Assembly: GCA_025558095.1 (NCBI GenBank)
Contig: JAIVFI010000006.1
Span: forward strand, 248,001 to 312,000
Source: Hyaloraphidium curvatum SAG 235-1
Lineage: Eukaryota; Fungi; Monoblepharomycota
Reading direction: 5' to 3'
DNA: 64,000 nucleotides
In this document: one piece after another, positions 9,965 through 21,301 of the stretch
Layout of the letters: every line of letters starts with the position of its first letter
How positions within the stretch are numbered: the first letter of the stretch is position 1
Translations under genes and position numbers: made by a program
Notes under the pieces: model-generated
Seen by the model: the letters and a program-made list of their open reading frames with translations, nothing else
Told to the model about the DNA's origin: nothing
Databases searched by the model: none

Positions 9965-11787
9965 TCACTGACCCCTACCGTCCCTCTCCCTCTCCACCTC
10001 CTCCCTCAGCGACCTCGCAAACGCCTGCAGCTCCCCGAACGCCGGCTTGGCCCTCTCCTCGGGGGGCAGCACGCCCGCGAGGTCCTCGATGCGGTTGCCC
10101 TGCCGGTCCACGCCGCGCACGCCGTGCGCGAGCTTGCCCACCGTCAGCACGGAGAGGTCGTCCTCGAGCTGGCGGTAGTACTTGATGGCCCGGTCCAGGT
10201 CGCCCAACGTCTGTTTCGGCAAGTCAGCGGGTCGCTCGGCGGCGGGGTTGCCCATCCGCAGGTCACACCCACCCGGAACATGGATCCCAGGATCGTCGAC
10301 ACCGACGCCAGGCACTCGGTGCACCCCACCGCGTTGGGAACCCCCGCATCCAGCGATTTGAGCGCCACCTCCCTCGCCTTTTCCCCGAACTCCTCGGCGC
10401 TCGCCGCGCCCATGCGGCCCGTGCTCGCGTACGTCTCCATGATCCCCGTGAGCTGCACCGCGAGCCCGCACGGGTCGTTGACGCCGTCGAGGTCAAGGAG
10501 GACGCCGTGCAGGCGGTACGAGAGGGAGCGGAGCAGGGCAGACGGGGAGAGCTCGGGGAACTTGGGCTGCTCGGCGGCTCCGCCGCGCGGGGGGTGGAGG
10601 GCGGGGTCGGAGGGGGCGGCGTCGAGGACGAAGAGGTACTCGGAGATGTTGTTGAAGGCGGTGATGAGGACGTTGCGGTTCTTGGTGGGGCGGAGGAAGG
10701 GGAGGAGCGGTGATTTCGGTGCCGAGGGCGCGTCGGGTGGCCCGCCGGCCTTGACTCCCGCGGCAGCCTCGTCCAGGAGCTTGCCAAAGTCGAGGGCGGC
10801 GATATCGCCAACCGCGGGTGCCAGAACCTCAACCCAGCCGAGATCGTTGTCGACCGTCTCGGGCGTCACAGCAGCATCGCTGCCGTCCTTGGCGAGGAAC
10901 GCGTTGGCGGCGCGCCGGTTCCACTGCAGCGCCCAATCGATGGCCTCCTGCTCCGTCGCCGTCTCGTCCATCATTTCGGCGCCGCCGGCGGCGTAGAGGG
11001 CGATTAGACCAGCGCGATCCAGGCGAGAGATGCGTGCGTCCTTGGGCTCCACCTTCCACGTTTTGCCGTCCTCCTCCAGGGCGGCGGGCGCCTTGACCAG
11101 AGACCAGAACAGGTTCTCGTACAGCTCCATCGCCTTTTTTCCGTTGCCCAGCCGGGACTCGAGGTTGGCCCACCGCATGATCAGCGCCGTGACCAGCTCG
11201 CCCTGGTGGTCGACGCCCTCCTCGACCGCCTTGCCGAGGGCGACGTAGTACCACTGTCCCGCCAGATGCGGTCTCCCGCCGGTCTCGAGCGCCATCGCGT
11301 TGAGCAGCGGGCGCCGCACCGACCGCGGGAACATTGCCAGCATCGGCGAGTCCAGCGTGCGCTGCACGAGGTACTCCTGCGCCAGCCGCACAGCCGACGG
11401 GCCGAGCAGCAGCCCGACGATCAGCACGACGAATGCGGGATGGAAGTACCACGGCCGCGGCGGCCTGGGCGGCGGGGCGGCGGGCTCGGGTGCCGGGGCC
11501 GGCTGCCCCGCGCCGGGCGCCTCCTTCGCCTCGTACGCGAAGCCGCGCCTAGAGATCCAAGCATTCGATAGGATGTCCCGGCAGATGGCCGGCGACGGGG
11601 CCGGGAAACGCCCGGCGGGCGGCGCGGGCAGCGCCCATCTCGCCGGAGCGGAACGCGTCGAGAACGCGGCGGCGGAGCACGGCGCGGCCCGCAGCAACGA
11701 CGTCCGCAGCAGAGACGCCCTCGGAGGAAAGCACGCCGGCGCGATCTGGCCGCGCGCCGCGGCTAGGAGCCGGCACGTCGCGGACAT
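9965..11787 (-). CDS. mitochondrial inner-membrane TPR-like protein, Mgr3-like (i-AAA protease adaptor); intron 10211-10272
   Basis: Arg/Ser/Ala-rich presequence, one TM helix, then FPRSVRRPLLNA...WYYVALGKAVEEGVD...VTAL pattern. Confidence 0.55.
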
Positions 11788-12038
11788 CGTGGAGGTCCAA
11801 GTTCACCCGGCGCGGCGACGATCATATGCACTCCGCGCCGCCCTCCTCCACAAGATCTGGGGCCGTCTCGCAAAGCACACCGCTCATCCGATCAAAAGTA
11901 GAAGCGCTACATGGTTGCATCCCAGTGCCAAAAGATCGAGATGTGAAGGCACCTGCACGCCTACACACCCGCCCAAGATCCACGCGTCCACCCGCCCAAG
12001 ATCGACCCTTCCACCCGCTCGAGATAACCGGGTACCCC

Positions 12039-14480
12039 TCAGGCCGCGCCCTTCTTCTCCAGCTGGTCCAGCACCCTCCTCAGCAGCCCCTCCAGCTCGC
12101 CCACCTGCTTCGCCCGCACCTCCGCGATCTCCTCGAGCTTCCTCACCGCCCCCTGCAGGCCCCCCAGCACCCGATCCACCTGGTCCGCGAACCCGTGGAA
12201 CTTTTCCTGCCGATCCTCCATCCGGTCCAGCCGCTCGATCACCCGCCTGCCGAGGTCCTTGTCCTCGTCCTGCGTCTCGACCTCGTCCGCGTCGTCGGAG
12301 TCCTGCGACACGATCCGCAGCGACCCAACCTGCTCCGCGCGCGCCAGCGCCGAGACGGGCGGCGGGGAGACGGTCTCGTAGACGGCGATCAGCAGCGCGA
12401 AAGGGAAGGTGACGACGGTCCACACGACCGCCTCGAGGGGCTTGAAGAACGGGAAGGGGCGCAGAGGGAACATGAGCACGTCGAAGAGGTTCAAGGGAGG
12501 GAAAAAGGGGCGGTCGTCGGCCTGCTTCCAGAGCTCCAGCACCCGCACGGCGAACTGGTACTCGTACAGCGTGTCGGCGTTGTCGACGATCGATGCATAC
12601 GACGAGTTGAAGATGGCTGGCGTGACATGTCAGCGCCGTCCCCATGCAGCGCCAAGCAACGCTACCCACCGATGAGCAGGTTCATGAGCACGATCCCCGC
12701 GACCGCGAGCCAGCACATGAACAGCACCGGCCCGTAGATCGGGTGGTACGTCTCGGCCATGTCGTAGTCGGCGGCCTGGAGCACCGCCTTGAGCAGGAAG
12801 TTGATGGTGCTTCCCGGGGCCAGCGCCGGGTTCAGCCCCACGACTGGCATGCGCGACACGTCAGCCCGCATGCCCGGCGGCGGGGCCACCGACACCCACA
12901 GGTCTGCGCGAACCCCACGAGCACGAGGGCGAAAAGCACCAGGAACAGCAGCGAGTCCTTGAGCATCGCCTTGGTGATGAGCATGCTCGTGCCCATGTAG
13001 CGGTACCCCGAGAAGATGGAGAGCATGCGGCACCACAGGAAGATGGCGTTGATGCTGACGAGGTCGTCTGCGGGGCAGATCGCGGTCAGCAGAAGCCACG
13101 AGCAGGCAGATGGGGTTTGCGCACAGGCCATGTCGTTGTAGTACGCTAGGCGGCCGCTGTCGGTCTGGTTGATGGCGTACATCCGGATCGCGAAGGCGGT
13201 GATGAAGATGCCGTACATCTGCGAGGTGCGTGAGCGTCCGTTGCGGCACACGGCAGGGGAAGGCTCACGATGGCGTCCAGGCCGTTCCACAGGTTGAGGA
13301 AGTAGATCGACAGGCCGACCTGCGCGGCCTGGTAGAGCTCGTGGAGGAAGTAGGCGATGGCTTGGGCCCACTGCGATGAAAGTCAGGCTCCCACAGCGTG
13401 CGCGCGGCGCCGGCGCGCCCGTACCATCAGCCACTCCTCGATCTGCGGGTACTTGTCGCGCCCGTTGACGACCAGGGTGAAGTTGAACACGAAGATGGCG
13501 AACACGCCGATCTCGATGAAGTACTGGTAGCGCGGGATACGGAGCCGCCCGTCCAAGATGCCGCCGAAGCCGACGTCCTGCTGCGTAGCCGCGCGGTAGG
13601 TGGGCAGCATGTGCGTCGGCCGAAGCATGAGCTGCCAGGGCGAGGGCGGAGGTGTCAGAATCACAGAGCCGGCAAGCCCCGTTCGGAGACCCACCGAACC
13701 CCGCCAGATCTCGTCAATGCAGTCCTGGACCGCCACGTCGGCTAGGAAATGGTCCGCCTTGATCTCCACCGCCTTTTCCAGGGCCGACGACACCGGCAGG
13801 AGGTACGCCCCGCCGTCCGCGGTCATGATGAGGTTCTGGTTCCCGTCCTCGCCCGGCGAGAACATGGGCAGGTAGCCCTGCCCGTACTCGAAGCCGAAGA
13901 GGCGGACCAGGTTGCGGTACGTGTCGGTCCTCTGGATCCGCTCCGTGAAGGTGAGCTGCCGCCCGACCTCGGTCCCGTCGGCGCGGTACTGCGTCGTCCG
14001 CCGCCAGGGACGCTTCTCCCGGCTCTGAGGCGGCTCGATGACCTCGATGGGGTCCGGCCATTTGTTCGCCAGCACCCAGACGAAGAGCTCGCCCCTGTCC
14101 GAGTAGGTGTGGACCAGCTCCTGGGCCAGCGACTCGGCGTAGGCGGCGCGGGACTCGTTCAGCTGCTTCTTGAACTCGTCCGCGTCCGCCTTGAGCTGCG
14201 CCCGCTCCATGCACACCAGGGCGACGAACACGGCCGCCAGCCCCGCCGCGTCGCGCGCCTCGTCGACGACACTTTGCGGAATCGAGATGCCGACGCGAAG
14301 ATCGGGGTCGATGGGCCGCCGCACGCGCCGGCAGATGAGCGCGTACACGTCGGTAACGGCGGAGACCATGGAAGGCGGAACGCGGGGTCTCTCGCGGGGG
14401 GCATCGTCGTCGCGTTCGGCGGGCGGCGGCGCGTCGTGCGGCGAGTCGGCGATGGAGACGGAACTGCTGGGCGCCGACAT
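12039..14480 (-). CDS. YVC1: TRP-family cation channel, Yvc1/TRPY1-like, multi-exon
   Basis: SALEKAVEIKADHFL..VQDCIDEIWRG, LRIPRYQY, TM segments across ORFs 13383..14480 and 12662..13249, PIYGPVLF...LMNLLI, PFFPPLNL, C-terminal coiled coil. Confidence 0.8.
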
Positions 14481-14929
14481 GGCTCCGGAAGGTTCGATGG
14501 ACGCGTCTGTGGCGCGTCTGTCGGGATGTCGGGCGGCGGGGTCGACAGCTGGCGGACGGGCGGCTTCTTCAGGGTCGTCTCCCTTCCGCCCTCCTCACAC
14601 GATCAGAAGCCTATTGGAGGTACGGATGATCAATGCATCAGAAGAGCATGCATTAAAAATCATCGCCTGTTCAATTCGATGCCTGCAGCTCGCGGCGATC
14701 GTCGCACCCCGTCTCCTTTACACTTTCTCGCACGCGGTTAGGACAGCACATGGAGCCAGAGGCCTTCGGGGACGCGGAGCACTTCGAGGTGACGGATGGG
14801 CACGTGGGAGCACAGGAGCTCGGGCACACGCCGCATGTGGAGGGGGCCGCCGCTGGTTCCGTGATGCACGAAGCTGCACGGAAACCTATAGTACCGTCTG
14901 CTCCCTCTTCTACTCCTTGCATTGTCATG

Positions 14930-16084
14930 TCACGGACCCCTGTTCTCAACACGGAAGACCCGCGGCCCCTCCCACCCCGGCCGCATCACCGTGTACGCAA
15001 ACTCCCACCCCGCAGGTCCCCAGCTCGCGCCCCCGACGTGCCCGCTCCTGTCCATGAGCACCAAGCCCGCATGCAGTCCCGCCGCCTCCCGCTCGCCGAG
15101 GCGTGAAACGATGTGGTCCAGGACGTGCGCGAGGATGGCTTCCAGGCGCGCCGATCGGTCCGGATCTTCGCCGTGCAGGGGCGGATTCTTCCGTTCGAGG
15201 AGCAGCACCGCATGATGGCACGGCAGGAACCTCAGCAGCACGTCCCCGTCCCCTGTCGCCCCGCACGCGCCCGCGCGGTCGTCCGCGTAGCCCCCGCTGC
15301 CCGGGATCGCGGCGTCCCCCACGCGGCCGGGGATCTTGAACGCCGCGCCGTTGGTGGAGGTCGCAACGGCGAGATGGCCGGCGCCGTCGAGGGCGAGGAT
15401 GGAGATGGTGTCGTGGGACGGGTGGGGGGAGTTGGGCGGCAAGAAGTGGTGGTGTGGGTCAGGCTGGTGGGAAAGCGCATGCGCTGTCAGGGTGTCCAGC
15501 TTGTGATAGGGCCCGCAGGATTCGCTCGGGTCCGGAAACACGCGTCCGGCCTTCCAGAAATTGGGCCTGCACTTGTTTTCGCCCCTCCACCGCGCCCAAT
15601 CTGCATCGCTCTCCGGGGTTCGCAGCCGGTCGTCCCCGTGACCCATCTGCCGCGCGAACCCGGCCGCCCCGCAGAGAATCGAGTGCTCCGTCCGCTCGAG
15701 CACGTCCCTCGCCAGCGCCGCCGCGTTCCTGGTTGCGCTCGTGGCCATTACCGAGCCCACGGACACGTCGCGCCCGTCGACGACCATCGCGTCCAGCGCG
15801 ACTTCGCCGTCCTCGTCGGGATGGCCGCCGTATCCGACGCTCCCGTCGCACTGGGCCTTCTCGCAGACCGAGGCGCCGAGCACCACGGCGTCGATTGCCG
15901 CCGTGGTGTAGGGGACGGAGGGCGGATCGCCGACGCGTCCGAAGGCGGCGGCGACCGCGTCGACAAAGGGCCACGTGGCGGCTACGACTGGCGGCCGTGC
16001 CTCATGTGTAATGTCCTCGTGAGCAGAACATTGCAGTATGAATTGGAGCAGACAAGCAGCTAGAAAGGAGATTCGGGGGGCCAT
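14930..16084 (-). CDS. AGA: N4-(beta-N-acetylglucosaminyl)-L-asparaginase (aspartylglucosaminidase, Ntn hydrolase)
   Basis: Signal peptide; CEKAQCDGSVGYGGHPDEDGEVALDAM; autocleavage site HDTIS; TSTNG, KIPGRVGD, ATGDGD. Confidence 0.92.
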   Translation of the reverse strand: MAPRISFLAACLLQFILQCSAHEDITHEARPPVVAATWPFVDAVAAAFGRVGDPPSVPYTTAAIDAVVLGASVCEKAQCDGSVGYGGHPDEDGEVALDAMVVDGRDVSVGSVMATSATRNAAALARDVLERTEHSILCGAAGFARQMGHGDDRLRTPESDADWARWRGENKCRPNFWKAGRVFPDPSESCGPYHKLDTLTAHALSHQPDPHHHFLPPNSPHPSHDTISILALDGAGHLAVATSTNGAAFKIPGRVGDAAIPGSGGYADDRAGACGATGDGDVLLRFLPCHHAVLLLERKNPPLHGEDPDRSARLEAILAHVLDHIVSRLGEREAAGLHAGLVLMDRSGHVGGASWGPAGWEFAYTVMRPGWEGPRVFRVENRGP

Positions 16085-17470
16085 GCTTGGATGAGGACCA
16101 CGGGATCGACCATCGCCAGCGCTGCAACGCTTCGTCGATCCACTTCGCTCCGTTGGTCAAAGAGCTGGGGGACATCCTGAAACACTATCGGTTCTAGGAA
16201 CTCGCCTTTCCAAACGAGGTCCGTAGTAGATTCGTTTTGCCCATTCCGATTGTACGCCGATACTCGGAGTTACAGCTCCCGTTCCACCGGCTGCGCATTT
16301 TCGCTATGCGCGCTCCCCGGATACTTCCACTCCACGTCAATCAGGCCACGTTCTGGTTGAGCGCCTTCAGACCGTTGACTAGGTCCTTCTCGTTTACGCC
16401 GTTACAGGGCACGTGGAAGAGCAGGCGCTCCTTGGAGCTCTCGTGCAAGATGGAGAGGACCGCGGATATGTCGTTGAACTTCACGGTCTTGGCCGAAGGA
16501 ATGACCTCGAAGAGATCTGCTCCATGCATTCCGATTAGCGGCGACCACCAGGTCCCACCTAGCTCATTCTCGTACGGACCATCCACATTGCTAACCCGGA
16601 GCAAAGCCCTCTCTCGTGAACCTCCGAAGGCGTATCACCTTCCTCACAAGCACGCCGGGATCCTCGGGGTCGTCATGGCTCTTGAAAATGTGCTGGAACG
16701 CAGTGCTGGAAGAGGCGTTCAACTTCCCTGCACAGTCTACCGCGCTCGCCAGTTCTCACCACGCATAGGCCGTCTTGTCCTTGAAGCCCGTGCGGTCAAG
16801 TCTGTCTTCCATGGCCATGCGCGCCGACCGAACCGCCGACATGGAGAAATGGTCCTCGACGGGCACAGCAGCTTGGACGCCGGGGCCGGCCACCACTGCG
16901 AGATTGCTTTCCTGGTTCGTCACCCCCGCGGCGTGGCCGACGGCGGTCGAGGGCGTGATTGGGGAGAGTGGCGCGTCGTTGTCCGGGCTGCGAGCGTTGC
17001 GGTCAGAGGGGCGCGTCGGCAGCCGCGGCACTGGCCCACTGCGTGGCCATCGTTTCAGTAGGCGCGAGAAGATGTGGCGATGGCGGCGGACGTGTTCGAA
17101 GATGGCCGCGATGCGGGCAAAAGCGCCTCTTGACCCTCTTGGCCGGGAACGAGTCATCACCAACGCGAGGGCGCCAATTGTAGGTCCCGATCGACGCTGG
17201 AACGGATCCAGCTAGACGGATTCCCGGAGCATAGTCGCGTTAGCATTCAGACAGAGAGTTCGTTATCGATAGAGGATGGTCGAGGCCGGATGCGTGCGAT
17301 CGGCGGAGAAGCCTTTCTCTCGTCGACATTGCATGAGGCGAGTTCACGAGAACATAAACCTCATCATCTGGAACAATTGACGAGCAAGCAATACAATTAA
17401 CGCAATGAACATTAACTCCCCACTTAACCACTCTTGGGAACTAAACCACCGTCCGCCGCGAACTCGCCTT

Positions 17471-19025
17471 TCAGGGCACCGGGCACACATTGTCCACGAC
17501 CATGCTCACCCCCGCCGACCTCAGCACGGACCACAGCGCCGCCGCGATCGTCACCACCGTGACCACAAACACCCTCACCGTCCCCAGCCCAACGCGGCTC
17601 CCCGCGAACCGCGCGCTGTTCCGCTCCGCCGTGGCCATGAGGAGCTCCAACTGCCTGTCGTGCGCGTCGGCGCGGGCCAGGGCGCGCGGGTCGGCGCCGT
17701 TGGGCGCGGCGGCGCACGCCTTGCGGAGGGCGAGGCGGGCAGAGACGTACAGGTCCACGAAGGCGTCGATCTGCGAGTTGCCGATGGCGAGGGGGACGAG
17801 CACGGCGAGCAAGTTCACGAGGAGGTACAGGAGGAAAATGGGGACGAAGGCCGGGATGCAGGAACCCCCGGCGACGGAAACGATGCCCCCGAGCGCGCAT
17901 CCCAGGAACATGATGGCGAAGCGGGTGAAAGAGTAGCCGACGGTTCGGGAGCGGCGTTTCCAGTTCTGCAGGTGAAGCAGTAAGGGGCGGTTGCTGCGCG
18001 CATCGCGGAGAAGACTTTACCTCTGCGATTCGCTCATGCAATTCGAGGTACGTTTCGACGGCGGGCGGCTCCGCGTCCGGCGCTCCGAGCTGGGCGCCGG
18101 GGTCGACGCTCTTTTTCAGCCTTTCGACCAGCTCGTCCAAAGCAAGGGTCATGGCGCGGCGCTGCAGGCGCTTGGCCAGCTTGAGCAAGGGGGCCGACTG
18201 TCCCAGGATCCCGTAAAGAAACGAAGACCCGTGCGCCGATAAAGATATGATGGCCAGCAAGCCCAGGATGGCCGTAAACCACGTTGTCCAGAAAACCGGC
18301 CCGAATGTGACGATGGCAGTGTAGTTCCAAGTGAACTGGATGGCGAGCAGCAAACTGCATTTGAGGCTGGATTCGCCCCAGTAGATCGCGCCCACTTCCG
18401 TCCCCACGCGGCTCAGGCACGTCGGACAAGCGCATTCAGGATCGTCGGGCACGTGGGTGAGCAGCAAGCTGGAGGGTTCGGCGGCAACGAACTCGCGGAA
18501 GCGGACGAGCAGGGCGACGGGCTGCCGCGAGTAGTCGCCGAGGTTCCGCGGATTGGAGGCTTCAATGACCGGTGCAAACTTGTCGATGTGCTGCATTATG
18601 AGCGCGCCGATAATGACCGCCAACGTCGCACCAACGGCGTAGCCGAGCTGCACGCGGGAAAACGTCTTGCCGTTCTCGACGGTGACCCCGCCGCCCGCAG
18701 GAATGAAAGCAAAGAGACAGGCAACAACGGCGGCAGGAAAACTATAAGGTAGAGTCGTGTAGAGTGCGACGATACGAATCGCCTTGTGCAGCGTCAGCGC
18801 GAGTGGATAGAACCGGACTGCGGCGCGAGTCACGGGTTCTGGTATCACAGCCAGCACCTCTGCAAGCGGCAGCCTCTCGGTGTCAGCGAGCTCGACGCTT
18901 CTGGGGTCTTCTTGCGCGGGCCCCGGGTCCTTGTCCGGCCTGTCGTCCGCGAGAAGAGCCGGAGGGGGAGCCGCCCCCGGCAAAAGCGCCGCCCACTCCC
19001 GCCGCGAAAACTTCACGGGAGACAT
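17471..19025 (-). CDS. multi-pass membrane protein, paralogue 2 of the three-member family; intron 17966-18020
   Basis: ORF 17424..19025 joins ORF 17471..17911 via gtaaag...ctgcag (55 nt), giving YLELHERIAE|NWKRR; family motifs present. Confidence 0.8.
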
Positions 19026-19139
19026 AACGAGTGCCTCAGCTCAAGCTGCCATGGCCAGATTGGAGCAGCGCTGCCACTAGGAGTTCCGAGGACGGTCTGC
19101 TCCCTCCGATCGCGCGCGCCCTGATCGAGCCGTGCACAA

Positions 19140-20763
19140 ATGGACTACCGCCCCGCGCTGGAGGTCTGCGTGGCGGCAGCGCGCGCGGCCGGCGCCCTGC
19201 TGCGCGCCGAGTTCCACCGCGCCGGCGGGCCGCGCGGCACGCTCTCGTCGGCGGGCTCGCACGGCGCAAAGGCCGCGGCCGACGACGCGTCCGAGGACCT
19301 CATCCGCCGCGCGCTCGCCGACAGCGCACCGTGCGGAGCGTGGACGTTCGTCGGCGAGGAGTCCGGCTCGCACGGCGCGCCCGCCGAGCACGTCGTGGTG
19401 TGCGACCCGAACGACGGCACGTCGCACTTCCTCAAGGCCGAGCGCGGGTCGGCCGTGTCGATCGGCGTGCTGCGCGGCGGGCAGCCCGTGCTCGGCGTCG
19501 TCTACGCGTTTGGATACCCGGACGACGCGGGCGACCTGGTCGCGTGGGCAGAGGGCTGCCCGCTCACGCGCAACGGCAAGGAGATCGAGGCGCCCAAGCT
19601 GGGAGACATCGCCTCCTTCGACGCCGCCCCCTCCTCCTCCCTGCCCCGCATGATCGCGCTCGTGCCCCGCTCCGTCGACCACCGCCGCCAGCCCGTGGCC
19701 CCCTTCCTCGGGCTGCCGTACGTCTCGCTCCCCTCGGTCGCCTACCGCCTCGCGCGGCTGGCCTGCGGCGACGGCGCGCTCTGCATCTCCCTGCACGGCC
19801 TGAGCTCCTGGGACGTGATCGCCGGACATGCGCTTGTCCGCGCCGCGGGAGGGACGCTGATGAACGACCGCGGGGTGGAGGTCACCTACGCGCCCGACGG
19901 GCGGTTCGCCGACCCGAGCATGGGCGCCTCCAGATCGTTCTTTGCCGGACCGCGGGCCGCCGTCGCACGCCTGCTGCAGGACCGGTCGCCGCAGTTCGCG
20001 GAGCTGCTGGACTTCATCAGGTCCAGGAAGGAGGTGCCGCGCGACCCGGCCCTGCGGCTCATCCCCGCGGTGCCCAAATCGCTGCGGTGCCCCGACCCCG
20101 CGAAGCTGTCGCGCGTGCAGGGCGCGCTGCTCGGGCTCGTTGCGGGCGGCGGCGCCGGGGACGGCCTTCTCCTCGCCAGGTGGGCACAAGCACGTCCTCC
20201 CGCCGCTGCATCCTCGGCTCACGTTCGGCCACAGATCCCTCGTCCACGCCAAATCCTGGTCCCCCGCCTTCTCCTGGCCCGACATGCAGCAGAACTGGCC
20301 CTCCCGCGCCGCCGTCCTCGGCATCTTCGGATCGCTCCTCCCCTCGGCCACGCCCCAATCTGCCGCCCTGCGCGCGGGGCGCGACTGCGCGAGCAAGAAG
20401 CCCGACAGGGAGCTGCCGGCGCGGTGCAGGGCGGTCGCCGCCGCGGTGTGCGCCGGGATACAGCAGGGCACGCTAATGGATGCGGCGGAGGCGGCGGCAA
20501 GGGAGCTCGGCAAGGAGATCGACGCCGGCGCGGGCGACGAAGCCGTGGTTGCCGCGATCGCCGGCCCCGATGCGCCGCGGCAGATCTCCGACGCGGTGCT
20601 CGGCGCCGTCTACGGGCTCGCCCGCTTCGGAGCGGACGTGCTCGTGGGCGCGCAGACGTTCCGCGATGGGCCTGAGGGGGGGTGGACCGCGGACGTGCTG
20701 GAGCTGGCCGAGGCGCTGGCGTTCGGCGGGAGGACGTGGGACGACGAGGAGGGGGGTAGTTGA
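19140..20763 (+). CDS. inositol monophosphatase/CysQ-family domain fused to a degenerate ADP-ribosylglycohydrolase-like domain; intron 20180-20234
   Basis: GEE, CDPNDGT, SAVSIG, PVLGVVYA, SVAYRLA, SSWDV motifs; then SRVQGALLGLVAG...DAVLGAVYG...DVLELAEAL. Confidence 0.8.
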
Positions 20764-21301
20764 CGCCAGGAGGGTGGTCGGCTGTAAACGCAGCTGGCCA
20801 CCGGCTTTCGGGACGAAGGAAAGACATGGTCGATGCTATCCAGTTCCCGTTGCAGTCTGAGAAGTCCGGGCAGCTCGAATAGGCGGATCTCCTAGGCCAC
20901 GGACCTCTGCGAACGTTCTCCAACGAAGTGCAGAGCTCGGGCACAGCGCTAGGGGACTCGATCACCGCGTAGCGGAGCTCGAGAAAGACTCTCGGGGAGC
21001 AAACGACAAAAGGACGGCTCGAGCGGTCAAGGTACGACATCTTCCGCCGTCGATCGACTCCATTATTATCTTCTACTTTGCCGTTTTCCGAGTGTCCGGA
21101 GCTTCGGAGTTGTCGAGCGTGAGCGCGGATCCCTCAAAAAGAGAGTAAACAAACAACCGTCGCTACCCCCCGAATCACGTCGTTTCAAGGTCGATTTCAT
21201 CTCTAATTGCCTACGGCAGGATCCCAAAGAACCCCTATCCTATGCGGCCGGCGCCTGGTCAAGCCCCTCCAGGCGTCCCGGTCTTTCCCACGCCGCCCCG
21301 A

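Noticed and set aside
14750-14930. Short plus-strand ORF MEPEAFGDAEHFEV...
   Set aside because: No motif, and it runs antisense into the AGA 3' end; it cannot be supported as a gene.
20770-21240. Possible small minus-strand ORF (MSYLDRSSRPF...) between the IMPase and sulfatase genes
   Set aside because: No recognisable domain or convincing codon bias; treated as intergenic/UTR.
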